Shown in pieces: positions 1 to 8,074 of a stretch of 20,000 bases of DNA (positions are counted from its first letter, which is position 1; each line of letters starts with the position of its first letter). Position numbers and translations under genes: made by a program. This DNA comes from an uncultured virus (IMG/VR IMGVR_UViG_3300033066_002433) (Duplodnaviria > Heunggongvirae > Uroviricota > Caudoviricetes): the IMG/VR virus record IMGVR_UViG_3300033066_002433. One strand, given 5' to 3'. Under the pieces are notes generated by a model that saw only the letters and a list, made by a program, of their open reading frames with translations, searched no databases and had not been told where the DNA came from.

Positions 1-239
1 GCTGCGCCTTTAGTAAAGACAGAATGTTTATTTTGCGACATGCCAGCATAAACACTATCATCCAATTCAATCATATAAGCTTCAACAGTTTTAAGTTGCT
101 CTCCCGAAGAAAGCGAGTTGTTAAAGTTTGCGTCAGTAACAAGTGTTCTTCCTTTCTGAAGGGCGTCATCGCTTGTGCTAAAAGTTCCTACGATTGAACT
201 TGTTCCATATTCGTCTCTTGACCAAAGTTGATATTTCAT
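1..239 (-). CDS. Hypothetical protein, partial (runs off the window edge)
   Basis: Not in the ORF track. ATG at 239-237 overlaps the TGA (238-236) of the upstream gene (ATGA). Hand translation MKYQLWSRDEYGTSSIVGTFSTSDDALQKGRTLVTDANFNN... stays open to position 1. Confidence 0.75.
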   Translation of the reverse strand, partial: MKYQLWSRDEYGTSSIVGTFSTSDDALQKGRTLVTDANFNNSLSSGEQLKTVEAYMIELDDSVYAGMSQNKHSVFTKGA

Positions 240-676
240 TCTCTTCTCCAATCGATTTTGCCATCAAGGATGTTGGGCAATTCGTCTGTATCCATGTAAT
301 CAATTCCCAAGGTTCTCAAAATAAGGCTATGGTCTTTCTTGTCAAACGGAACCGTTTTGCCTTCGCCTTCTGGAGAAATCGACAGAAGAACGTCAGCAAC
401 AACTGCGGCCTTATGCTTATCGTTATAAGCTCCCCAATCAGAAGAATAAACAGTAACAAAATAAAGCTTGGGGCAGAAAAGAGTAACAGGAGGCACAATG
501 GGCTTTAAGTCCCAAACCTGAGCCTTCTTCTCTGGTCGAGGCTTATTAACAATCTGTACAACCGCAATCGTCTTTGCGTCAATTTCTGGAAAAACATTGG
601 GATAAAGAGCAAGTATCTTTTCCGCAATCTCATTGAATTCTGGAAGCTCTTCATATTCTGGTTTAACTTTCGCCAC
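236..676 (-). CDS. Phage metallopeptidase-like protein, probably catalytically inactive
   Basis: Pattern DW..YNDKHKAAVVADVLLSI...PFDKKDHSLILRTLG recalls the putative phage metallopeptidase family (W..L...Q..ALV.HEL.H...HD.EEF..IV.RYG), but HExxH reads DVLLS. Start moved to GTG at 676 because AGGAG (683-687) lies 6 nt upstream. Confidence 0.5.
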   Translation of the reverse strand: MAKVKPEYEELPEFNEIAEKILALYPNVFPEIDAKTIAVVQIVNKPRPEKKAQVWDLKPIVPPVTLFCPKLYFVTVYSSDWGAYNDKHKAAVVADVLLSISPEGEGKTVPFDKKDHSLILRTLGIDYMDTDELPNILDGKIDWRRE

Positions 677-896
677 TGATATCTCCTTTATCTTCATCTA
701 GGGATGAGGGGGTTACATTGCCCCACTCAAAATGTGTCTTGGAATTTTCATCAACAGTAACCGCATAAAAGATGTCGGCATCCATGTCTGCAATTTCAAT
801 AATAACACCATTATCACTTTTGCTAATCCTTAGCAATAGTGTTTCATCTTTCGAATAATACGATCCGGCCTTCAAGCCTCTTATTTCTGATTTCAT
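663..896 (-). CDS. Hypothetical protein (77 aa)
   Basis: ATG is coupled to the upstream stop (TAATG at 896) and the ORF fills the gap in the minus-strand gene run. No recognisable motif. Confidence 0.65.
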   Translation of the reverse strand: MKSEIRGLKAGSYYSKDETLLLRISKSDNGVIIEIADMDADIFYAVTVDENSKTHFEWGNVTPSSLDEDKGDISGES

Positions 897-1648
897 TATA
901 TTGTGTCCTGAGATTTATTATCGTTTATGTCCCAACTAGCTATCTTATTTAACATATCTCTGTCTTGGTAGATCTCTTGTTTCAATGGATATTTCCAATC
1001 TATATGACCCATTGTTTGTTCCGGTTTATCATCAAGAGCAAAAGAAAGTATTGCAACAAGACGCATGCCGCTTTTAGAAAGAATTTCAAAACCCCATTTA
1101 TATATGTTTATCCTGGTAACATCATTTATGACAAATACGCTACGAGCGCTGAACTGTTTAGCTCGTTTGAAATTTTCTTGAGTTTCATTTTCATTAAGAT
1201 CCCAACCAGTAAAGGCTCGTTTTTCCCCTTTCCAATCAGATGAAAAGACAATGGTAGAGGAACTATCTTTGACGAGATTCAGTTTTATGACTGGCAAGCT
1301 ACTTAAGGAATGAAAACACAATCTATTGATAGAAAAGAAACAATTTAGAGCGTGATAATTAGAAGAAAAAGTATTATGTATCAAAGCAAGCATCGATCTA
1401 ATACTTACAATATTCTTATTTTCTAGCTTTGGTTCGTCGTTTTTTCCCAACATTTTAGCCTGAAGTTCGTCAAACAAAGTTGGATCAGCCTTTGCCTCAG
1501 CAGAAACAGAGGAACCCCAAACACTTCCAGAAGTTGTCAGTATTGGAGTTCCAGCGATATACGACACTAATGGACTCCCAGGATATTGCACTGAAATTGG
1601 CTGGCAATCCCAATTAACGTTCCAGTTATTATCTTCATTATCGCTCAT
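896..1648 (-). CDS. Hypothetical protein (250 aa)
   Basis: Long ORF with ATGA overlap on the topA stop. No family recognised. Confidence 0.75.
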   Translation of the reverse strand: MSDNEDNNWNVNWDCQPISVQYPGSPLVSYIAGTPILTTSGSVWGSSVSAEAKADPTLFDELQAKMLGKNDEPKLENKNIVSIRSMLALIHNTFSSNYHALNCFFSINRLCFHSLSSLPVIKLNLVKDSSSTIVFSSDWKGEKRAFTGWDLNENETQENFKRAKQFSARSVFVINDVTRINIYKWGFEILSKSGMRLVAILSFALDDKPEQTMGHIDWKYPLKQEIYQDRDMLNKIASWDINDNKSQDTI

Positions 1649-3651
1649 GAATCTTTCTTCTTAAACTTCTTGAAATTATTCCACTTTTTCTTAGGCTTCC
1701 CATCATCAGCCTTTTTCTCAATCGGCGTTCCATCTGAGTTTCTCATTCCCCTACACTTTGGGAATTTTTCACAACCATAAAACTCTCCATAAGAACTTTT
1801 TCTAAGAAGCATTTTCCCCTGGCAGGTTGGACAATCATCTTTGCCATAAACCTTTTCAGTCTTAACTCTCTCTTTTGGTTTTCCATCTTCGCCTATATTT
1901 GCCGTATACTTACATTCCTTATCAGGACAAGCAAAAAACGAACCGAATTTACCATGCTTGGAAAGAAGCTTTTGATGACACTTAGGACAGTCAAAATCTG
2001 TTACAGCCAAGTCTTGTTTCATCTGTGTTGCTGTATTTATGTCGCAACTTAATCTTTTCCAAAATTCTTCAAGAACAGAAAGCTTTTTAAGCTCTTTATC
2101 GCCAATTTTATCTAACTTGTTTTCCATCTCTGAAGTAAAATTCAAATCCATAAAACAGAAATTGGACTTTACAAGAAAATCGCAAACCTTAATGCCAAGT
2201 TCTGTTGCTCGATACGAGTTACCTTGAGGTTCAATATACCCTCTAGCCTTTAGTGTCTTAGTTATAGAAGCATAAGTAGAAGGCCGTCCTATGCCTGTCT
2301 CTTCATACATTTTTGTAATAGAAGATTTAGTATAACGTGACGGCGGTTGAGTAAACTTTTGCTCAGAAGTAATGTCGCTAATGTCGCAGTTGTCTCCAAC
2401 AGCCAACACAGGCAAAATCTTGTCTTCCGAAGAAGACCAGGTCCAAACTTTCTTCCACCCATCAAACAACATCGTACTTCCGCTTGCTCCAAACTCATAC
2501 TTGTCAAATACAAAACGAGCAGTAACGGCAAGATTTTTGGATTTTTCCATCTGAGATGAAACTGTTCTTTTCCAAATCATTTCATAAAGCTTACGCTCAT
2601 CAGCTTCGCCATTTACATGAGTAATGTTAACGTCTACAGGCCTAATAGCTTCATGGGCCGCTTGAACGTTTCCGCCCTTGCTTGCATACACTTGAACTGT
2701 TTTTGGAAGATATTCAGGAGCGTAATTGGCTTTAATATGATCACGAATATTACTTACAACTTGAGGAACAATGCTTACCGAATCGGTTCTCATGTAAGTT
2801 ATTTTGCCATCTTCGTAGAGATGTTGAGCGACCTTCATTGTCTTATCTTGGTCCCAACCGAATGCGCTTGCTGCCGTTTGTTGAAGAGTAGAAGTTGTAA
2901 AAGGGGCTCTAGGCGAAGAAAATACTTCCTTGCTATCGTATTTTGTAACTTTGACTACCTTCTTCGTAAGATCGGTAACAATTTTATCTGCCTGCTCTTT
3001 GTTCTTTATATCCATTTTATCAGGATTTACAAGAGCGGCAACTACCTTTTCTTTTTTAGGTGTTAGAAGATCCGCATGAATGTCCCAATATTCTTGAGGA
3101 ACAAATGCTTGTATCTCTTTTTCTCTTTCGGCAAGAACTCTCAAAGCCGCGCTCTGTACTCTTCCTGCCGACTTACCGCCAGTAGCAGAAGTTGTAATAA
3201 ATGAACACTTATAGCCTACAAGTCTATCAAGAATGCGACGGGTTTCATAGCTATCAACAAGCTCGTAATCAATATCAGAAGCATTGGCGATAGCATCAAG
3301 AATGGCCTGCTTTGTTATACTGTTAGTCTTTGCTCTTTTGAATTTCTTACCAGCAGGCAACTGTTTGCTAAGATGCCAAGCGATAGCTTCTCCCTCTCTA
3401 TCGGGATCGCTCATAAGATAAACTAGATCGGCATCCTTGGCTGCTGCAACAATAGAGCTTACAACACTTTCTTTACCTGGCATTACGCCATATTTGGGAG
3501 CAAAGTCTTTCTTAATGTCAACATTAAGACCTTTTGCAGGTAAATCGATAACATGGCCTACTGAGGCCATAACCTTATATTCTTTGCCCAAATAAATGCC
3601 AATCTTTTTGGCTTTTTCGGGAGATTCCACTATAACTAAATATTTTGCCAT
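1645..3651 (-). CDS. topA: Type IA DNA topoisomerase (topoisomerase I)
   Basis: TOPRIM motifs LVIVESPEKAKKI and DPDREGEAIAWH, SAGRVQS, catalytic ITYMRTDS, AHEAIRP, GIGRPSTYA. Two C-terminal C4 zinc ribbons (CPKC...CPDKEC; CPTC...CEKFPKC) and a Lys-rich tail. Confidence 0.97.
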   Translation of the reverse strand: MAKYLVIVESPEKAKKIGIYLGKEYKVMASVGHVIDLPAKGLNVDIKKDFAPKYGVMPGKESVVSSIVAAAKDADLVYLMSDPDREGEAIAWHLSKQLPAGKKFKRAKTNSITKQAILDAIANASDIDYELVDSYETRRILDRLVGYKCSFITTSATGGKSAGRVQSAALRVLAEREKEIQAFVPQEYWDIHADLLTPKKEKVVAALVNPDKMDIKNKEQADKIVTDLTKKVVKVTKYDSKEVFSSPRAPFTTSTLQQTAASAFGWDQDKTMKVAQHLYEDGKITYMRTDSVSIVPQVVSNIRDHIKANYAPEYLPKTVQVYASKGGNVQAAHEAIRPVDVNITHVNGEADERKLYEMIWKRTVSSQMEKSKNLAVTARFVFDKYEFGASGSTMLFDGWKKVWTWSSSEDKILPVLAVGDNCDISDITSEQKFTQPPSRYTKSSITKMYEETGIGRPSTYASITKTLKARGYIEPQGNSYRATELGIKVCDFLVKSNFCFMDLNFTSEMENKLDKIGDKELKKLSVLEEFWKRLSCDINTATQMKQDLAVTDFDCPKCHQKLLSKHGKFGSFFACPDKECKYTANIGEDGKPKERVKTEKVYGKDDCPTCQGKMLLRKSSYGEFYGCEKFPKCRGMRNSDGTPIEKKADDGKPKKKWNNFKKFKKKDS

Positions 3652-3665
3652 ACTGATATTTCGAC

Positions 3666-3698
3666 AAAAAAAGGCGTGAGGAACAATCCCCCACGCCT
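3666..3698 (-). terminator. Rho-independent terminator
   Basis: Minus strand reads AGGCGTGGGGGA-TTGT-TCCTCACGCC-TTTTTTT: a GC-rich stem followed by U7, about 25 nt after the DUF3892-like stop codon. Confidence 0.88.
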
Positions 3699-3703
3699 CT
3701 TCA

Positions 3704-3974
3704 GTAACCAGTTTTGTTTGTTTTATATGGCAGAAACCATTGGGAGATCGTACAGATTACGGCTTGTGGTGCTTTGCAAATAATTGCCTTGAGAACTACG
3801 AACAACTCGAACTCCAGAAATTCTGGAATTACGAGCCATATTTACGGCCTGGCTTCTAGTGACATAGGTGCTTCCGTTCAAAAGAAAGCCAACCGTATGC
3901 CTCTTTGAATTTACAACTCTTTTTGTTATTCTTTGTGTCTTCATGTGTTATTTCCTTTTTTCAATACTGGTTAC
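3704..3974. repeat. Inverted repeat pair flanking the DUF3892-like gene (arms 3704-3716 and 3962-3974)
   Basis: GTAACCAGT (3704-3712) is the exact reverse complement of ACTGGTTAC (3966-3974), extending inward to 12/13 matches. Confidence 0.7.
3723..3944 (-). CDS. DUF3892-like small basic protein
   Basis: 73 aa with the pattern RIT.....(T)R.QAV.M......V.VV....G.YLQS....NLYDLP typical of DUF3892. RBS AAAGGA upstream. Confidence 0.7.
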   Translation of the reverse strand: MKTQRITKRVVNSKRHTVGFLLNGSTYVTRSQAVNMARNSRISGVRVVRSSQGNYLQSTTSRNLYDLPMVSAI

Positions 3975-3979
3975 ATTTT

Positions 3980-4378
3980 TTATTTCATTTGCTTCTTAAC
4001 TGGCTGCATTTCGCTTCTAAGACCACCCTTACCAACAAATCCAGAAGCCAAGCCAGCGATATGGCACCACGCTCTAAGGCACCTATCCTGATCTTCTTCC
4101 GTTCTTGCTTCAGACATTCTCAAGTCTCTATCAGACAAAATGGGAGAATCATAAGAAAAGACTCCGTTAACTTGAAGCCTCTTATAGGCAATCTCAAGTA
4201 GGTGAGGGGCAACGCCGATGGCATCGCCAAGCTCGCTAATTTTTGGAGATACGTTTTGCAAACATGCAAGACAAATAGCTACGCCGTAGCCTCCATCTCT
4301 TTCGTCAGCAGGAACCGCATCGGTTTCCCAGTTTGGGCCACAAATAATATTTACTATTCTTTCGTATTGAGATCTCAT
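3980..4378 (-). CDS. Putative winged-HTH (GntR-like) DNA-binding protein
   Basis: PKISELGDAIGVAPHLLEIAYKRLQVNGVF resembles the GntR HTH consensus PS.RELA..LGVS..TV..AY..L...G.I. RBS AAAGG upstream. Confidence 0.5.
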   Translation of the reverse strand: MRSQYERIVNIICGPNWETDAVPADERDGGYGVAICLACLQNVSPKISELGDAIGVAPHLLEIAYKRLQVNGVFSYDSPILSDRDLRMSEARTEEDQDRCLRAWCHIAGLASGFVGKGGLRSEMQPVKKQMK

Positions 4379-4418
4379 GTATAACCTTTAGCTAGTTGCG
4401 AACACATAAACTCTGTTA

Positions 4419-4447
4419 GAGTATCGCCAAAAACAGTCATCGAATTA
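4419..4447 (-). promoter_or_regulatory. Candidate promoter (TAAT-N15-GGCGATACTC)
   Basis: Intergenic. The 8-mer CGATACTC (4426-4419) recurs exactly at 5990-5983. Spacing and sequence resemble the sigma-28 consensus TAAA-N15-GCCGATAA. Confidence 0.35.
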
Positions 4448-4453
4448 CGCCAT

Positions 4454-5533
4454 TCACGATAATGCGTGAGCTGTACTTTCAACCCATGAATGGTTTGATA
4501 TTTCCATAAACTCAGCATTTGATTGCAACTCTTCGAAATTGCCAGCTCCAGAGTATGTCAAACCAGAACGTACACCACCAAGAATGTTAGCAACAACATC
4601 GGCAACTGAACCTTTTGCCATTATTGTTATTTGCTCACCTTCAGGCGAAACACCAATCTTGCCTATGTCTTTCAAAAAGTGACCTGAAGACTGCCCTCTG
4701 TATATTTTTACATTACCCTTATTAGTCCCTATAACAGGTCCAGGAGTTTCATCACATCCAGCGAGCATATGACCGAGCATAACTGCATTTGCGCCAGCAG
4801 CAAGTGCTTTTACAACATCACCGCTAGTACGCAGCCCTCCATCAGCGATAATACCAACCTTGGAATGACCGCTCCTATTAAGTCCTTTTCTTGCGGAAAT
4901 AATAGCAGAGAGCTGTGGAACTCCATGACCTGTTACAATCCTAGTTGTACAAACGGAGCCAGGACCAACTCCAACTTTTATACAATTTGCTCCAGCATAT
5001 GCCAAATCCACGGCACCTTCTGAAGTAGCAACATTACCGGCTATTACAAAAATATTAGGTATTGTTACAAGATCTTCAACAGTTTCTAAGCTTTGTTCCA
5101 TATGACCATGAGCAACGTCCAAGCAAACGATCATTTTATTTTCTTCTGTTGGTAGATACTCATGAGCAAGATTTTTAACAAAATCAACCCACTTTTCACC
5201 GCAACCTACGCTAAAAGCCACTCTAGAACAAAGCTTTTGTACTTCTTCTATTTCAGCAGCATGATCGGTAGGTTGTTTATAAAATCTATGAAGTATTCCT
5301 AGTCCGCCTAGCCTAAACATAGCAGATGCCATGTCTTTGCCTGTAACAGTATCCATATTGGAACTAATAATGGGAATATCAAGATTTACATTTCCGCCAA
5401 TATTAGTGTTCAACGAGATCTCTTCATCATTTCTAGACTTAAATCTAGATCGCTGAGGTTTCAGAAGAACATCATCATAAGTCAACCACCGAGATGGTTC
5501 ATATTCGCTGTTTGAGGAGTCAATGAATCTCAT
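4454..5533 (-). CDS. IMP dehydrogenase / GMP reductase family protein lacking CBS domains
   Basis: [41 protein letters not shown], catalytic [34 protein letters not shown]. Start moved to ATG 5533 (AAAGG RBS; avoids overlap with the upstream gene). guaB versus guaC is unresolved. Confidence 0.92.
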   Translation of the reverse strand: MRFIDSSNSEYEPSRWLTYDDVLLKPQRSRFKSRNDEEISLNTNIGGNVNLDIPIISSNMDTVTGKDMASAMFRLGGLGILHRFYKQPTDHAAEIEEVQKLCSRVAFSVGCGEKWVDFVKNLAHEYLPTEENKMIVCLDVAHGHMEQSLETVEDLVTIPNIFVIAGNVATSEGAVDLAYAGANCIKVGVGPGSVCTTRIVTGHGVPQLSAIISARKGLNRSGHSKVGIIADGGLRTSGDVVKALAAGANAVMLGHMLAGCDETPGPVIGTNKGNVKIYRGQSSGHFLKDIGKIGVSPEGEQITIMAKGSVADVVANILGGVRSGLTYSGAGNFEELQSNAEFMEISNHSWVESTAHALS

Positions 5534-5543
5534 TGATAACCTT

Positions 5544-5963
5544 TCACTCAGAAGCAAGCTTGAGTCTGTTAATAGCCTCAGACTGAGCGGCATTGGGAAC
5601 AATAAGACCAGATGGGCTTGAGGCCTTAGATCTTTCTTCCTGTTTCTTCTTTATCTCAAGAAGAACTTCATTGGCCTTTTCTTGGAATTTTAGGCAAGCC
5701 TCTACTCTGGTTTTTGCTTCAATATCAAAGCGAACATCCTGCTGCCTAACGTCAATTAGAATTGGCTTTCCGTCAGGTCCTGGAGCATGGATTCCAATTG
5801 GAATCTGAAATACTCCAACAAAAACATGGGACGGCCCTGTTTCCTGCATTTCTGCCAACTGCTCGGGAGTTGGCGTTGTAAGAGTCTCGGCATCAACAAG
5901 CCTAAGCTCTTCTATTTTCTGACCTTCTGGTGTGAAAAACGTTTGAATTGTTGTGATTAGCAT
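5544..5963 (-). CDS. Hypothetical protein (139 aa)
   Basis: ATG with AAAGGA RBS, fills the gap between gmd and the IMPDH/GMPR gene. No family recognised. Confidence 0.8.
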   Translation of the reverse strand: MLITTIQTFFTPEGQKIEELRLVDAETLTTPTPEQLAEMQETGPSHVFVGVFQIPIGIHAPGPDGKPILIDVRQQDVRFDIEAKTRVEACLKFQEKANEVLLEIKKKQEERSKASSPSGLIVPNAAQSEAINRLKLASE

Positions 5964-5982
5964 TTTATATTTCCTTTCATTC

Positions 5983-5991
5983 GAGTATCGG
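5983..5991 (-). promoter_or_regulatory. Candidate promoter -10-like motif CCGATACTC
   Basis: Lies in the 29-nt gap after the gmd stop and is identical over 8 nt to the motif at 4419-4426. Confidence 0.35.
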
Positions 5992-5992
5992 A

Positions 5993-6946
5993 TTATCCAA
6001 TATCAGCAAGATCTGAATCCACCATAAGTTTGCACAACTCTTTCATTGTTGTTTTTGGATACCACTTCAATTCGGCATTTGCTTTTGAAGAATCACCAAG
6101 AAGAAAATTTACTTCAGATGGTCTATAATATTTTGGATCGGTAACAACATATTCTTTCCAATCCAAACCGACATGCGAAAAAGCCTCTTCCAGGAATTCT
6201 CTTACACTATGGCTTTTCCCTGTTGCAATTACATAATCTTCTGGCTTATCTTTTTGCAACATTAGCCACATAGCTTCAACATATTCTTTTGCATAACCCC
6301 AATCTCTTTTGGCATCAAGATTTCCTAATCTAAGTTCTTTTTGAAGACCTTTCTTGATACGAGCAACAGCTTTTGTGATCTTTTTTGTAACAAATGTTTC
6401 GCCCCGTCTCGGACTCTCATGATTAAAGAGTATTCCGCTACATGCAAACATTCCATAAGACTCTCTATAGTTACGAGTAAGATAATGAGCGCATACTTTA
6501 CCGCAAGCATAAGGGCTTTGCGGCAGGAAAGCTGTAGTTTCAAGCTGTGGAGGTTCTGCTGCTCCAAACATTTCACTCGAAGATGCGTTATAAATCTTAG
6601 AGCTTAGTCCAAGCATACGAACAGATTCAAGCACATTAAGCGTTCCAATTGCCGTAGATTCTACCGTATAAATAGGTATTTCAAAACTAACCTTAACATG
6701 ACTCATAGCAGCTAAATGATAAATCTCATCTGGTTTAACTTTTTGCAAGACGGAAGAAATACTTGTTTGGTCTAAAAGGTCAGCAAAATGCAAATTGATT
6801 TTATCAAAAATATGATCTATACGAGTCGTGTTTATTGAACTTGATCTTCTTACCGTTCCGTGAACTTCATAGCCTTTAGACAATAATAATTCTGCAAGAT
6901 ATGAGCCGTCCTGTCCGGTTATTCCTGTTATCAATGCTTTTTTCAT
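5993..6946 (-). CDS. gmd: GDP-mannose 4,6-dehydratase
   Basis: [95 protein letters not shown]. Confidence 0.97.
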   Translation of the reverse strand: MKKALITGITGQDGSYLAELLLSKGYEVHGTVRRSSSINTTRIDHIFDKINLHFADLLDQTSISSVLQKVKPDEIYHLAAMSHVKVSFEIPIYTVESTAIGTLNVLESVRMLGLSSKIYNASSSEMFGAAEPPQLETTAFLPQSPYACGKVCAHYLTRNYRESYGMFACSGILFNHESPRRGETFVTKKITKAVARIKKGLQKELRLGNLDAKRDWGYAKEYVEAMWLMLQKDKPEDYVIATGKSHSVREFLEEAFSHVGLDWKEYVVTDPKYYRPSEVNFLLGDSSKANAELKWYPKTTMKELCKLMVDSDLADIG

Positions 6947-6955
6947 TTACGTTCC

Positions 6956-7303
6956 TTATAGACAAAAGTCATCATCTTTTAATTCGTCTTCAAGATCTTC
7001 TGGAAAGATAAAAGCCTCGTCTGGAATTTTACGTTCCGGCGGAGGCTGTATTATGTAATGATAACCATCAGTTTTTATATCTTTTACAAATTTAATTTGA
7101 CAATCTTTCAGAATATTTTCTATCATAGGAGCGTCTACAGACTCTATGATAATCTCTTGTTCTACTCTTTTTACTTGAACGGCATTTATGATGGAATAAA
7201 CCTGTTCCATTTCCATGCCAATAAGTTTTTTGGGCTTAGCCTTCTTTTTTCTGCGCGTTACTTTCTTTGGTTTAGTTTCTGTCTTTTTGGTTGCTTTTTT
7301 CAT
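6956..7303 (-). CDS. Hypothetical protein with Lys-rich N-terminus and acidic C-terminus (115 aa)
   Basis: AGGAG (7318-7314) precedes ATG 7303, giving MKKATKKTETKPKKVTRRKKKAKPKK...PEDLEDELKDDDFCL. Confidence 0.75.
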   Translation of the reverse strand: MKKATKKTETKPKKVTRRKKKAKPKKLIGMEMEQVYSIINAVQVKRVEQEIIIESVDAPMIENILKDCQIKFVKDIKTDGYHYIIQPPPERKIPDEAFIFPEDLEDELKDDDFCL

Positions 7304-7367
7304 ATGCGCTTCTCTCCTGAATGAAGTTATCACAAATTTCGGAGATATATAATTCTAAGAAGCGCAT
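7304..7367 (-). promoter_or_regulatory. Inverted repeat / 5'-UTR hairpin adjacent to a start codon
   Basis: Perfect 10-bp inverted repeat. On the minus strand, ATGCGCTTCT (7367-7358) pairs with AGAAGCGCAT (7313-7304), which is the whole spacer between AGGAG and ATG 7303. Confidence 0.65.
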
Positions 7368-7378
7368 TCCACCAAATA

Positions 7379-8059
7379 CTAAGGAAGTCTGGGATTAAAG
7401 CCAAAACGTCTTCTTCGCTCATAGGTTTTGCCATCTGTAGTATAGAAAGATTCATTACGAATATGAAGCGGGTCTTTTCCTGTATAGTTGACCCAATCAT
7501 GCCGTATAATGACATTATCTATGTAAACAGCCTTATTCAGTGCATAAACAGAATCATGAAATTCATTATCGCAATATAATGAAATATAACTTGGGTGATA
7601 GATATAGCCAAAGTGGTCATACATGGGTTTCCCCATAACGGAAAGAGTTATGAGCTTTTGTCCAACTCTTCCGTCATTATAGTGCAAGGCACCATTGAAA
7701 TCTGGATAAAATTTCGTCATATCGTTGTAGATAATCTTGTCATAACCACGCTGAATAGGGGTCATGTCATCGCTGGCTAAAAGGAGAATCTTCCAATCGC
7801 TATGATGGTGCATGTCTGCATTTATTGCTTCAACTTTGGTTTTTGAGTTACCGTAATAAAAGAAAACGTTATGATGACCATTAGCAGGACCAAGCCACCA
7901 TTTCATGTCGTCATTGTTCATTGTATTATCATCTGTATCCATAGAAACAACAAATTTGACCTTTAGTTCACCAGAAAGCATGCTGTAATATTTGTCAAAC
8001 TGGTTACGAAACTTATCTGGTCTTCCTCTTGTCGGAATCTTAATCAAAAGATCAAACAT
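7379..8059 (-). CDS. GT-A fold (GT2-like) glycosyltransferase
   Basis: LLIKIPTRGRP N-terminal strand, VVSMDTDD, KVEAIN, LLLASDDM acidic motif, YISLYCDNEF, IIRHDW. Confidence 0.78.
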   Translation of the reverse strand: MFDLLIKIPTRGRPDKFRNQFDKYYSMLSGELKVKFVVSMDTDDNTMNNDDMKWWLGPANGHHNVFFYYGNSKTKVEAINADMHHHSDWKILLLASDDMTPIQRGYDKIIYNDMTKFYPDFNGALHYNDGRVGQKLITLSVMGKPMYDHFGYIYHPSYISLYCDNEFHDSVYALNKAVYIDNVIIRHDWVNYTGKDPLHIRNESFYTTDGKTYERRRRFGFNPRLP

Positions 8060-8074
8060 AATAACCTTCCTTTA

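Noticed and set aside
4398..4427. Small hairpin ACTCT-AAC-AGAGT within GCGA...TCGC
   Set aside because: The 5-bp AT-rich stem is too weak to call a terminator or ncRNA.
5590..5625. SSPSGLIVP segment resembling the GroES mobile loop
   Set aside because: The rest of the 139-aa protein lacks GroES motifs; too short to be meaningful.
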